NCBI GenBank assembly: GCA_038883775.1
Contig: JAVZLM010000008.1
Coordinates: 62,618 to 126,617 of the forward strand
Source of the DNA: Candidatus Bathyarchaeia archaeon
GTDB lineage: Archaea > Thermoproteota > Bathyarchaeia > Bathyarchaeales > Bathycorpusculaceae
Reading direction: 5' to 3'
Length of the DNA stretch: 64,000 bases
The notes beneath the pieces were generated by a model that saw nothing but the letters and a program-made list of their open reading frames with translations, made no database searches and had not been told where the DNA came from. Made by a program: the position numbers and the translations under genes. Of this stretch, positions 1 through 7,806 are shown in pieces (within the stretch, counting starts at the first letter, position 1; each line of letters begins with the position of its first letter).

Positions 1-450
1 GCGTTTTTTGTTCCATTTTATCCCTTCGAAGCCGAAGCCGTTGAAGCACCAGCCAAGTATAGGCTTGTCCTATTCAGAAGGTTTATGGTTAGAGTTGCAG
101 AGGAAATAGCCAAAAAACATGAAATAAAGGCTTTAGGAAGCGGCGAGAATCTGGCGCAGGTTTCATCCCAAACCTTAGAGAATATGGCCGTAATAAGCCA
201 AGCAACAACGCTTCCAATACTAAGACCGTTGTTGACATATGAGAAGAATGAAACGGTTAATTTAGCAAAACAAATTGGAACTTTCGAAATTTCCATTCAG
301 CCATATAAGGACTGTTGCACCCTATTTTTAACAAAGCATCCAGCAACAAAAGCCAAACTAGAAATTGTGGAAGCCTTTGAAAAGAAAATGAACCTAAACG
401 AAGCCATAAAAGAAAGCCTCGAAAAAACCGAAACTGTAGAAATAAAGTAG
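1..450 (+). CDS. thiI: tRNA 4-thiouridine synthase ThiI, C-terminal part (truncated by window start)
   Basis: Frame open from base 1; GENLAQVSSQT, ILRPL and PYKDCC motifs typical of ThiI. Confidence 0.9.
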   Translation, partial: AFFVPFYPFEAEAVEAPAKYRLVLFRRFMVRVAEEIAKKHEIKALGSGENLAQVSSQTLENMAVISQATTLPILRPLLTYEKNETVNLAKQIGTFEISIQPYKDCCTLFLTKHPATKAKLEIVEAFEKKMNLNEAIKESLEKTETVEIK

Positions 451-518
451 GCTAAACCGAAAATCTAGAGAGGGAGGGTCACTATTGGCTGATTTTCAAA
501 CCAAAAGTATGGAGAAAA

Positions 519-866
519 TTAACGTTTCTTTCTCTTCGCCTTCTTCGTGTCATCAAATTTTCTCTTTTTCTTTCCAAAAAATTCTGGATACCGCTGCACA
601 TCCTCATGAATTGGTCTTGGAATATTAGTTCTTGGAAAATAAGCATCCATACGCCCTTCAGGAGGCACTAATGGATATTTTGGCTTTTCCTTTTTGTAAA
701 CAAAATGATAGAGAAAATAAAGGTATACAAGGAAACAGCCAAAAAAAGAAAGCGAGTAAAGAAACAATTTAGCCAAAAGAGAGAAGAAAATGAAGGGTGT
801 GAATAGGCAGATTCCAAAAATAAGGAAAAACCAAAATTTAATTTTCCTCTTCAAAGCCTTCTCCAA
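519..866 (-). CDS. Small membrane protein with basic C-terminus, unknown function
   Basis: 115-aa ORF with two hydrophobic segments. Confidence 0.6.
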   Translation of the reverse strand: MEKALKRKIKFWFFLIFGICLFTPFIFFSLLAKLFLYSLSFFGCFLVYLYFLYHFVYKKEKPKYPLVPPEGRMDAYFPRTNIPRPIHEDVQRYPEFFGKKKRKFDDTKKAKRKKR

Positions 867-950
867 ACAATCTTCGCCAAACTAACTATTACGCTTTATG
901 CTCTTTTCAGTTTGCCTTTAAATAACCAAATAAGAATATTTCTTTTAGCC

Positions 951-1850
951 ATGTCCTCTGCTGAAATCGCCGTTCAAGTGTTCCGCACACTAGAAAATGA
1001 AGACATTAGAATACTGCAAGTCATAGAAGCAGCAAAAAGCAAACATGAATTTGTTCCAAAAGAAATTATAGCAAAATATGCAAAATTCAGCCCAGAAGAA
1101 ACAGAATTTCGCCTAAACCGCCTAAACAAATTAAAACTCGTATACAGAATGAAGGGCGCCTATGTGGGCTACACGCTAAATTATGCGGGCTACGATTGTT
1201 TAGCAATAAACGCCCTCGTAAAAGCTGGAATAATCGAAGCCTTCGGAAAACCTTTAGGCGTAGGCAAAGAAGCGGACGTTTACGACGCCCTAAACCCAAA
1301 AGGCGAAAGAATAGCCGTAAAATTCCATAGACTGGGCAGAATAAGCTTTCGCCAAACAATAAGAAAAAGAGGCTACATAACTGAGCATGCCAACTGGCTT
1401 TATCAATCAAGACTTGCCGCAGAAAAGGAATTTGAAGCCTTAAAACTTGTCTTTCCATGCGGTGTTGCTGTTCCGAAACCCATAAGCCAAAACCGCCACG
1501 TCCTAGTCATGGGAATGATTGAAGGCGCAGAACTGGCCGAATACAAGGAAATTCCAAAACCAGAAAAAATTCTCAAAGAAATATTGCGTAATGTTAGAAA
1601 AGCCTATTTCAAAGCTGGTGTAATCCACGCAGACCTAAGCGAATACAATGTTCTCTTAAAGCCTAACATGCACATCCTAATCATAGACTGGCCCCAATAC
1701 GTTAGAAAAGAGCATCCTAATGCCCAACAACTTCTAACAAGGGATGTCAAGAACATTCTGGAATATTTTAAGCGCAAGCACATGGTGAAAATAAAACTGA
1801 AAGAAGCCTTAGAATATGTGGCTGGTAAAAGCAGAATAATAAGCGCTTAA
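951..1850 (+). CDS. rio2: RIO2-type serine/threonine kinase
   Basis: N-terminal winged helix, GVGKEADVY, HADLSEYN and IIDWPQ motifs; ATG at 951 chosen as start. Confidence 0.93.
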   Translation: MSSAEIAVQVFRTLENEDIRILQVIEAAKSKHEFVPKEIIAKYAKFSPEETEFRLNRLNKLKLVYRMKGAYVGYTLNYAGYDCLAINALVKAGIIEAFGKPLGVGKEADVYDALNPKGERIAVKFHRLGRISFRQTIRKRGYITEHANWLYQSRLAAEKEFEALKLVFPCGVAVPKPISQNRHVLVMGMIEGAELAEYKEIPKPEKILKEILRNVRKAYFKAGVIHADLSEYNVLLKPNMHILIIDWPQYVRKEHPNAQQLLTRDVKNILEYFKRKHMVKIKLKEALEYVAGKSRIISA

Positions 1851-2080
1851 TGCACATCAAGTACAATGTAGAGAATGTTGTTTCCCCGCAACAAAACATT
1901 CCCATAATTCGTGATTAACTGGTCTTCTCTGCACTCCGTCGCTCCTTCCAAAAGAATATTCATGTGACCATCACATTTAATCATCTTCCCCTTGTACTCG
2001 CATCCGTTTTTTAGCACTACGGCAATATTGGCATTTAACTGTTTAACAAGCACATTCAAAGGCTTCTTACTTGGCTCCAT
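1847..2080 (-). CDS. Sm-like (Lsm/SmAP) RNA-binding protein
   Basis: Sm1 (GKMIKCDGHMNILL) and Sm2 (LLRGNNI) motifs, 77 aa. Confidence 0.92.
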   Translation of the reverse strand: MEPSKKPLNVLVKQLNANIAVVLKNGCEYKGKMIKCDGHMNILLEGATECREDQLITNYGNVLLRGNNILYIVLDVH

Positions 2081-2132
2081 GACAGCACCAGATGATTATT
2101 TACCTTAATACTCATATCCAAAACCACCAAAT

Positions 2133-2145
2133 ATAAAAGTTTTAT
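2133..2145. repeat. Left target-site duplication ATAAAAGTTTTAT
   Basis: Exact direct copy at 7619-7631; abuts the left terminal inverted repeat. Confidence 0.85.
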
Positions 2146-2166
2146 CCCCAAACCCAAACCCAAACT
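2146..2166 (+). repeat. Left terminal inverted repeat C(CCCAAA)3CT
   Basis: ccccaaacccaaacccaaact; reverse complement of the right end apart from unit number and terminal base. Confidence 0.85.
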
Positions 2167-2228
2167 TTAAAAATTGAGACCGAAGAACCGTGCAGAAGTA
2201 GACCAAAAGCACTCAGAGAAAGCGCATA

Positions 2229-2573
2229 ATGTTTATATTACCCTCCCCGAGACATCGATTTATGGGCAACTTTAACGTTTTATATCTTAATCAGATTATT
2301 TGTATTGCAATTGCGTTGAATGAACATGGAATTTTGTTGAACCTTGATGATATGCAAATGGGTAGATTAAGTCCGAAACTTTTGGGGGACATAAACATCG
2401 TTCCAATATCTCGGATATATCCTATTCAATTAACTTTGGAAGTGAAAGAAAAAATGAAATCCATTGGTATTGTTGATTTTTGGGATTATTTATTTTACCA
2501 AGAAACAAAAATTAGACAAGAGAAGAAAGACAAAATTGGACGAAGGTCCAGGAAAAGACTTTGGATATTTTAA
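2229..2573 (+). CDS. Hypothetical protein (element cargo)
   Basis: 114-aa ORF just inside left TIR; no recognisable motif. Confidence 0.45.
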   Translation: MFILPSPRHRFMGNFNVLYLNQIICIAIALNEHGILLNLDDMQMGRLSPKLLGDINIVPISRIYPIQLTLEVKEKMKSIGIVDFWDYLFYQETKIRQEKKDKIGRRSRKRLWIF

Positions 2574-2582
2574 ACGTAAACG

Positions 2583-2682
2583 TAAACATTGAAACCTTTT
2601 AGCATGAACGTTTTATTATGGATATTTTCCATAGAAAAGCATGGAAAAGGTATGGAAAAGAAACGTTCCTTTTTAATGTTTA
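2583..2682. repeat. Nested inverted repeats (candidate origin or bidirectional terminator)
   Basis: Arms 2583-2594/2671-2682 (11/12), 2606-2613/2661-2668 (8/8), 2625-2633/2651-2659 (9/9). Confidence 0.55.
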
Positions 2683-2684
2683 GG

Positions 2685-3188
2685 TTAAAGTTCAGAACAT
2701 TTTAAAATAGGTTCAGTTTTAAGTTTAGGTTTTTGTTCAAGTCTTCTAATAATGCCCTTGACGATTTTTCTGTAAGCCAAAAACTCAGCAATTTGGTTCT
2801 CTTGAGAGCCATATCTAAACACAATGCGTGGCTCAGGCTTATCCTTCTTCGCAGAAACTCTGAGAGTGCTTCCTTCTTTAATTGCTTGCATAGTAAACCA
2901 TTTCTGAAGATTTTTGTTCTGGGAGAGTAGGCTAACCCAAGCCATGATTTTAACGTTCTTTTCCCATGAAACCTTTTTGTCAAAAACGACATGATAACTG
3001 TTTTTTGAGCTTTTGAGAATAATGAACCCTTTTAATTTGAACCATCGCATTGTTCTCATCGCCCAATATTTGACGGTTCTAAACTTGGTTTTATCAAAGT
3101 CAAGTTTAACCGTATTTTTGTCGGTTATTCCCATGATGAAAGGCAAATTGTTGTTTTCAGCTTTCGATTTCTTTTTCAATCCATTCAC
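2685..3188 (-). CDS. Minimal archaeo-eukaryotic primase (AEP/Prim-Pol)-like protein
   Basis: VKLDFD (motif I DxD), KSSKNSYHVVF (motif II His), TLRVS; third acidic residue not obvious. Confidence 0.6.
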   Translation of the reverse strand: MNGLKKKSKAENNNLPFIMGITDKNTVKLDFDKTKFRTVKYWAMRTMRWFKLKGFIILKSSKNSYHVVFDKKVSWEKNVKIMAWVSLLSQNKNLQKWFTMQAIKEGSTLRVSAKKDKPEPRIVFRYGSQENQIAEFLAYRKIVKGIIRRLEQKPKLKTEPILKCSEL

Positions 3189-3468
3189 CTTCTAAGCCAT
3201 ATTTTTCTGGATTTTCTAAGAAGCTTTTAGCCGAAACATGAACAAACCCTTTTGGCATGAATTGATGCGCCTTAATCACGGCTTTGTAAAGCTCTTTTCC
3301 TTTACCATGAAACTCATATCTTCCACTTTGCTCAATTGTTTTGGTTCTCTTAGTCTTTTTCCAATACCTTTGACGTATTCCGTCTTTGCGTGTTTTCCAA
3401 TATCTTTGACGCACATAAACCTTAGCTTCATAAGAACCGTAAACAGCTATCTTTTTCGTTTCAGCCAT
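3157..3468 (-). CDS. Basic hypothetical protein with duplicated RQRYWK motif
   Basis: GGTGA SD before ATG at 3468; co-oriented, overlapping operon layout. Confidence 0.65.
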   Translation of the reverse strand: MAETKKIAVYGSYEAKVYVRQRYWKTRKDGIRQRYWKKTKRTKTIEQSGRYEFHGKGKELYKAVIKAHQFMPKGFVHVSAKSFLENPEKYGLEGEWIEKEIES

Positions 3469-3492
3469 TAACATCACCTTTATCTCTTAATC

Positions 3493-4023
3493 TTAAGGTA
3501 AAATCGCATTTTTTCTCGAAGATTTAGCCTTCTTTTTGTGCCATAAACCGTATTTATGTCTAATTTTCAAAATTGCTATAAACAATTTGTCTAAAACTTC
3601 AATTGAAAGCTCTTGTGCTATCCATTTTTCCGTTTGCGGATTACTTACTGTAACAAATTTCGTAGCTGGGCATTTTTTATCGTGGAAAACCGTAATAAGC
3701 CATTTTTCAACCCAGAATTCAAACTCTCTCTCCAAATTTGGGTTTTTATCAAGACGCTTAAACGTAGCATCCTTAATCGTTCCAATCTTAACAGGCAAAC
3801 CACTCTTAGTTTTCCCTTTAATATGCAAATCCTTAAACTCAATTGGAAAAGGTTGCGGAATCCAAGGCTCTGGAATCTTACTCTTAAGAGTAAAATACGT
3901 TAATATCCATTGTTTCTGCTCATCTTCACTCATACTTTTCCAATCCTTAGGAAAAACAACATCTTCAAAAGCCACACTTACCCACCTTTCCCATTCTCTC
4001 AAGAAGCCAAGCTTCAACACCAC
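3493..4023 (-). CDS. Hypothetical protein (element)
   Basis: 176-aa ORF in the leftward operon; true start may be GTG at 3975. Confidence 0.6.
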   Translation of the reverse strand: MVLKLGFLREWERWVSVAFEDVVFPKDWKSMSEDEQKQWILTYFTLKSKIPEPWIPQPFPIEFKDLHIKGKTKSGLPVKIGTIKDATFKRLDKNPNLEREFEFWVEKWLITVFHDKKCPATKFVTVSNPQTEKWIAQELSIEVLDKLFIAILKIRHKYGLWHKKKAKSSRKNAILP

Positions 4024-4375
4024 TAAGGAAATCAGAAAAAGAGAGATATTGAACCCATTGATAGCGAACTTTCAGTTTTTGCTTTAGCTTTTTTGTTGGA
4101 ATATCACCTTCAAGCCACTCATTAACCCAAAACTGCCTTTCAGCATTAGGCATAGGCTCTAAAACCAAATAACGACGCTTTCGATAGTCAAGCTCAATGG
4201 CTAAAACATGGTTGTCTCTCATATATCGCTTAAGCAAAGGCTTAATCTGTTCAACTGCATACCTTAACGTTTCTCGCTTATGTTTTGAAGTAGGCTTTAC
4301 CTTATCAAAAGCTTCTTTTGTCAAACGTAAAGCTTTTAACTGACCTTCAACATTTATACTCATATCTAACCACAT
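3965..4375 (-). CDS. Hypothetical protein (element)
   Basis: 136-aa ORF in the leftward operon. Confidence 0.6.
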   Translation of the reverse strand: MWLDMSINVEGQLKALRLTKEAFDKVKPTSKHKRETLRYAVEQIKPLLKRYMRDNHVLAIELDYRKRRYLVLEPMPNAERQFWVNEWLEGDIPTKKLKQKLKVRYQWVQYLSFSDFLSGVEAWLLERMGKVGKCGF

Positions 4376-4413
4376 CCTTTTTCTTTTGTAAACTTTGAAA
4401 GTCAGTGAAGACG

Positions 4414-4932
4414 TTAGTCTTCTTCTGTTTCTTCGCTTTCTTCAGTTGAAAACCAAGCGTATTGTTCTTCTGAAGGTTCTAAAGGCTCAAATTTCTCTGC
4501 AAACTCTTCAAGCGAAGGCTTAATGAAATAGCCTTCATACCCTATTTGCAGTTTTTCTTTGACTTTTCTCCATTGTTCAGGCGTTAAGTCCTTAAGCTTC
4601 CATCCCTTTTCGCTAAACTTAGCAATGAAACCGTCTTCGCCATCTATCTCAAAACCACCATAGTAAGTTGTGCATTCATTGAGTAATGCATCAAGTTCTT
4701 TATCTGGAATAACAGCCTCTGGATTAGGTTCAGCGGGTTTTTCTATCTCTTCAAAGTATTTTCTGAGAGCCTCACGCACTATTGAGCCTCTGCTTACGTC
4801 TCTTTCGTAGGCTAAATCCTTCAGTTTTTTGAGCCATTTTTCTGGAAGCATTATTTGAACACGCACTAAAGACTCATCGCTATCCAAGTCGGGAACTTTT
4901 TTCATTTCCAAATCTTCAATTTTTTCGGACAT
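4414..4932 (-). CDS. Ribbon-helix-helix (CopG-like) DNA-binding protein with acidic C-terminal domain
   Basis: VRVQIMLPEKWLKKLKDLAYERDVSRGSIVREALRKYF fits the RHH pattern; GAGGT SD. Confidence 0.8.
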   Translation of the reverse strand: MSEKIEDLEMKKVPDLDSDESLVRVQIMLPEKWLKKLKDLAYERDVSRGSIVREALRKYFEEIEKPAEPNPEAVIPDKELDALLNECTTYYGGFEIDGEDGFIAKFSEKGWKLKDLTPEQWRKVKEKLQIGYEGYFIKPSLEEFAEKFEPLEPSEEQYAWFSTEESEETEED

Positions 4933-4984
4933 ACTTATCTACCTCATAAATTACCTAATTACCGAAAGATTAATAAACCCTACC

Positions 4985-4998
4985 GTAACTATAGTTAC
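4985..4998. promoter_or_regulatory. Perfect 14-bp palindrome GTAACTATAGTTAC, candidate operator in divergent promoter
   Basis: Lies between divergent RHH and wHTH genes. Confidence 0.55.
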
Positions 4999-5012
4999 CT
5001 TAGGGATACGTA

Positions 5013-5549
5013 ATGAAAGAAAGAATGGGAGAAAAATCGGTTCAAATAGGCAAAAGAAACAAAGCCAAAATTATAGCTGAACTAATCAAAAATCCAATGA
5101 CATTCACGGAATTGAAAGAAACCTTAGACTTCTCAGCAAAAACTCTGATGTTTCATTTAAGAGATTTGGAAAATGAAGGTTTAATACGACGAATTTTAGA
5201 AGGAAAATCCATTCTTTATGATGTCATAAAACCGAAAAGCGTCATTGAGCTTAGAAAACAATTCCTTTCAGAACTTCTAAACTTAAAAGCCTACGATGTA
5301 GCTTTAAACGAAAAGACAAAAGCATTATACTATCAATTTTTGAAAACTCTCAAAGAAAGCATTGAAAAGCCAGAACCAGAAGCAAAAACCACAAAAATCA
5401 TAGCTAAAACCATTGAAATTCCAAAAGGATTCAAAGGAACAATAAAACAAAAGATAACCAATATGTATGAAAAACCAGAGCTAAAAGAAACCGAAACCGA
5501 ACAGTTGAAACCTTATTCCATGAAAAGAAAAAAGAAGGTGAGAACATGA
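5013..5549 (+). CDS. Winged helix-turn-helix protein (ArsR/HxlR-like)
   Basis: PMTFTELKETLDFSAKTLMFHLRDLENEGLI; ATGA overlap with cas1. Confidence 0.8.
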   Translation: MKERMGEKSVQIGKRNKAKIIAELIKNPMTFTELKETLDFSAKTLMFHLRDLENEGLIRRILEGKSILYDVIKPKSVIELRKQFLSELLNLKAYDVALNEKTKALYYQFLKTLKESIEKPEPEAKTTKIIAKTIEIPKGFKGTIKQKITNMYEKPELKETETEQLKPYSMKRKKKVRT

Positions 5550-6631
5550 GAGCAAAGCTTCAGAGAATCGTTATAGATAATTGTGGCTCGTATTTAGGAA
5601 TGCAGAAAGGCTGTTTTGTTGTTAAGGATAGAGAAGGTAATGTTCAAAGGTTTCCAATGTTTGAGAATGAAATCGGCGAAATTGTCTTGACAGGTGGGAA
5701 CTTTGTTAGCACAAGTGTTTTAGCGTCTTGTGGTTTCTGGGATATTCCAATAACTATTATGACAAAGAACTTTAAGCCTATTGCTGTTCTTAAAAGCTTA
5801 GATGATGATAGCCATGTTAAGACACGCATTGCTCAATATGAAGCGTTAAAGAATGGAAAAGGCATAACCATAGCCAAAACCATTGTAGAGTCAAAAATTG
5901 AAAGCCAAAACATAATCCTCAAAAGATATTCACTCAAACAACTTGACATTATGACTTTGAAAGCCAAAATTGAAAAGTTAGAATCCAATAACCTTAAAGA
6001 CTTGAGAAAAAGGCTCTTACCGATAGAAGGCAAAGCTTCAGAACACTATTTCCATGAAATCTTTAAGCTGTTTCCAAAAGCCATTAGAACAGAACAAAGA
6101 AAAACTTGGAAGGCTTATGATAGTTTAAACAACACTTTCAACTTAGCCTATACGCTTTTGAAGTTTAGAGTTCACTCTGCAATTTTGAAGGCTCACTTAG
6201 AACCTTACTTAGGGTTCATGCATTCAGAACAACATGGTAAGCCTTCTTTGGTTTGCGATTTTTGTGAGCTTTACCGCTACATAATAGACTCATTCCTAAT
6301 TGACTTCTCGCAAAATCTAAAACCCAAAGATTTCATTGTTAAAACTGAATGGTATTCCACGAATCGTTTAGGCAAAAGGCAAGTTTTGAACCGTGAAAAG
6401 ACTAAGGAATTAACTGAAAATCTTAATCGGTTCTTTGAGACAAAAGTGCCAATAAGCAGAATAAGATACGGTTTTAAACAGCAAATTGAAACATTGATTA
6501 ATGAAGAGGCTTTGCTTTTTGCGAAGTATCTTCGAGACGAAAGGGAACAATGGATTCCACGCATCATTCAACTAAACCCTTTTTTCCATCCACGTTTTAT
6601 GCGTATGAGAAAAAACTTTTTATCTTTTTAA
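5546..6631 (+). CDS. cas1: Solo Cas1 endonuclease/integrase (casposase-like)
   Basis: N-terminal GSYLG beta-domain; catalytic E (IEGKAS), H (LGFMH), D/E (SLVCDFCELYR); NNTFNLAY helix. Confidence 0.93.
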   Translation: MRAKLQRIVIDNCGSYLGMQKGCFVVKDREGNVQRFPMFENEIGEIVLTGGNFVSTSVLASCGFWDIPITIMTKNFKPIAVLKSLDDDSHVKTRIAQYEALKNGKGITIAKTIVESKIESQNIILKRYSLKQLDIMTLKAKIEKLESNNLKDLRKRLLPIEGKASEHYFHEIFKLFPKAIRTEQRKTWKAYDSLNNTFNLAYTLLKFRVHSAILKAHLEPYLGFMHSEQHGKPSLVCDFCELYRYIIDSFLIDFSQNLKPKDFIVKTEWYSTNRLGKRQVLNREKTKELTENLNRFFETKVPISRIRYGFKQQIETLINEEALLFAKYLRDEREQWIPRIIQLNPFFHPRFMRMRKNFLSF

Positions 6632-6659
6632 TCGAAAGGATACTGTGAAGAGATGAGTA

Positions 6660-7568
6660 TTGGTGGTAAATAAACTGGCAATCGCAGGAAGCATTGTTGC
6701 TTTTATTAGTTTGCTTTTCCCGTGGTGGTCTCTCGAAGCTAGTATTGTTGGAGTGTCCCCAGTAACTTTCCACGTATATCCTGGATGGTTCAGTGGTAAT
6801 CTAAATGATGTGGTTAATGTTTTTCGTAAACTTGACATAACTCTCGGCGTAAATTTTTTCGAAGAGTGCGTAGGTGCATTAGCAACGTTTGGTATACTAT
6901 TTTGTTCAGGGATTCTCTTTGCATTGATTGGAGCTTTTATCAGAAGTAACATGGGAAGGGGAATTATTGCACTCGGGTTTTTCTTAATCTTATGTGGTAT
7001 TTATGGTTTTTGTTACACATGGAACAAACTATTTTACCTATTACAAACTCCTATTTCATTTTCACATTCTGAATTGTCACCATTATTTTCTGTTACGTGG
7101 GGTTGGTCATATGGTCTCTATATCGCCATCTTTGCTTTCCTTTTATTGTTGGTGAGTGTTGCATTTCATCCAGTAGAAGTTAAAGCAAAAGAAGAAGTAG
7201 AAATTGAAAAAAAGCCTTCAGAGCAAAAACATATATTCAATAGGACCAAAAAAAGGACCTATTTAGAGTCGATAATGGAAGCACGAGCAAGGGAGATGGG
7301 TCCACCTCCTCCTCCACCTCCTCCTCTCCTATGTAGATTAAGGCTTCATCGGTGGAGGTATTATGGTCAAGATGTTGTGGTTACTGTTCGAGAATACGTA
7401 AAGGTTGGAGACGCACGTATACCAGTTAATGAAGGAGTGAAGCTCATTAATAATAAAAGAAAATGTGCACGATGTGGTATAAAACAAGAGGCAAACATTT
7501 TTACTAACGAAGATGGAACACTCTCTATGAGAGGATGGAGAGAGTCGAATAATTCGCAAGGTGATTAG
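6660..7568 (+). CDS. Membrane protein with poly-Pro linker and C-terminal Cys/His zinc-ribbon-like domain (element cargo)
   Basis: About four hydrophobic segments, Pro8 run, LLCRLRLHRW...RKCARCG. Confidence 0.7.
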   Translation: MVVNKLAIAGSIVAFISLLFPWWSLEASIVGVSPVTFHVYPGWFSGNLNDVVNVFRKLDITLGVNFFEECVGALATFGILFCSGILFALIGAFIRSNMGRGIIALGFFLILCGIYGFCYTWNKLFYLLQTPISFSHSELSPLFSVTWGWSYGLYIAIFAFLLLLVSVAFHPVEVKAKEEVEIEKKPSEQKHIFNRTKKRTYLESIMEARAREMGPPPPPPPPLLCRLRLHRWRYYGQDVVVTVREYVKVGDARIPVNEGVKLINNKRKCARCGIKQEANIFTNEDGTLSMRGWRESNNSQGD

Positions 7569-7591
7569 TCAGTCTTGCACACCCCCTCGTT

Positions 7592-7618
7592 AGTTTGGGT
7601 TTGGGTTTGGGTTTGGGA
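7592..7618 (+). repeat. Right terminal inverted repeat AG(TTTGGG)4A
   Basis: agtttgggtttgggtttgggtttggga; inverted counterpart of 2146-2166. Confidence 0.85.
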
Positions 7619-7631
7619 ATAAAAGTTTTAT
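7619..7631. repeat. Right target-site duplication ATAAAAGTTTTAT
   Basis: Exact direct copy of 2133-2145. Confidence 0.85.
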
Positions 7632-7806
7632 GAAAAACTATTCCGAAAAATAAAGCAAATTAATTCGTCTTTCCAAATTCTAAAGCTTTTTCCAAAATAA
7701 ATCGCTTTTTCGCAAAGACTTATTTAGAAAACTCAAATTTAAAGGAGAAAATGTTCCCAAAGAATTAAAACGAGAAAGTTTCCTATTGCATAATGGAGGA
7801 TAAAAC

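Larger units (their letters stand above)
2146..7618. mobile_element. Compact casposon-like element (solo Cas1 integrase, AEP primase-like ORF, RHH and wHTH regulators, no PolB)
   Basis: Cas1 without cas2 or array; terminal inverted repeats at 2146-2166 and 7592-7618; 13-bp flanking direct repeat; block of orphan ORFs between housekeeping Lsm and hutH genes. Confidence 0.85.

Noticed and set aside
3536-4087. 183-aa plus-strand ORF inside the element, and similar antisense ORFs such as 8709-9215, 31079-31633 and 51410-51880
   Set aside because: Shadow frames opposite better-supported genes, with no motifs.
2146-7618. Canonical PolB-encoding casposon
   Set aside because: No ORF in the element is long enough for, or has the motifs of, a family B polymerase.
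5546-7631. CRISPR-Cas locus around cas1
   Set aside because: No repeat-spacer array, cas2, cas4 or effector genes were seen; the only repeats are the hexamer termini.
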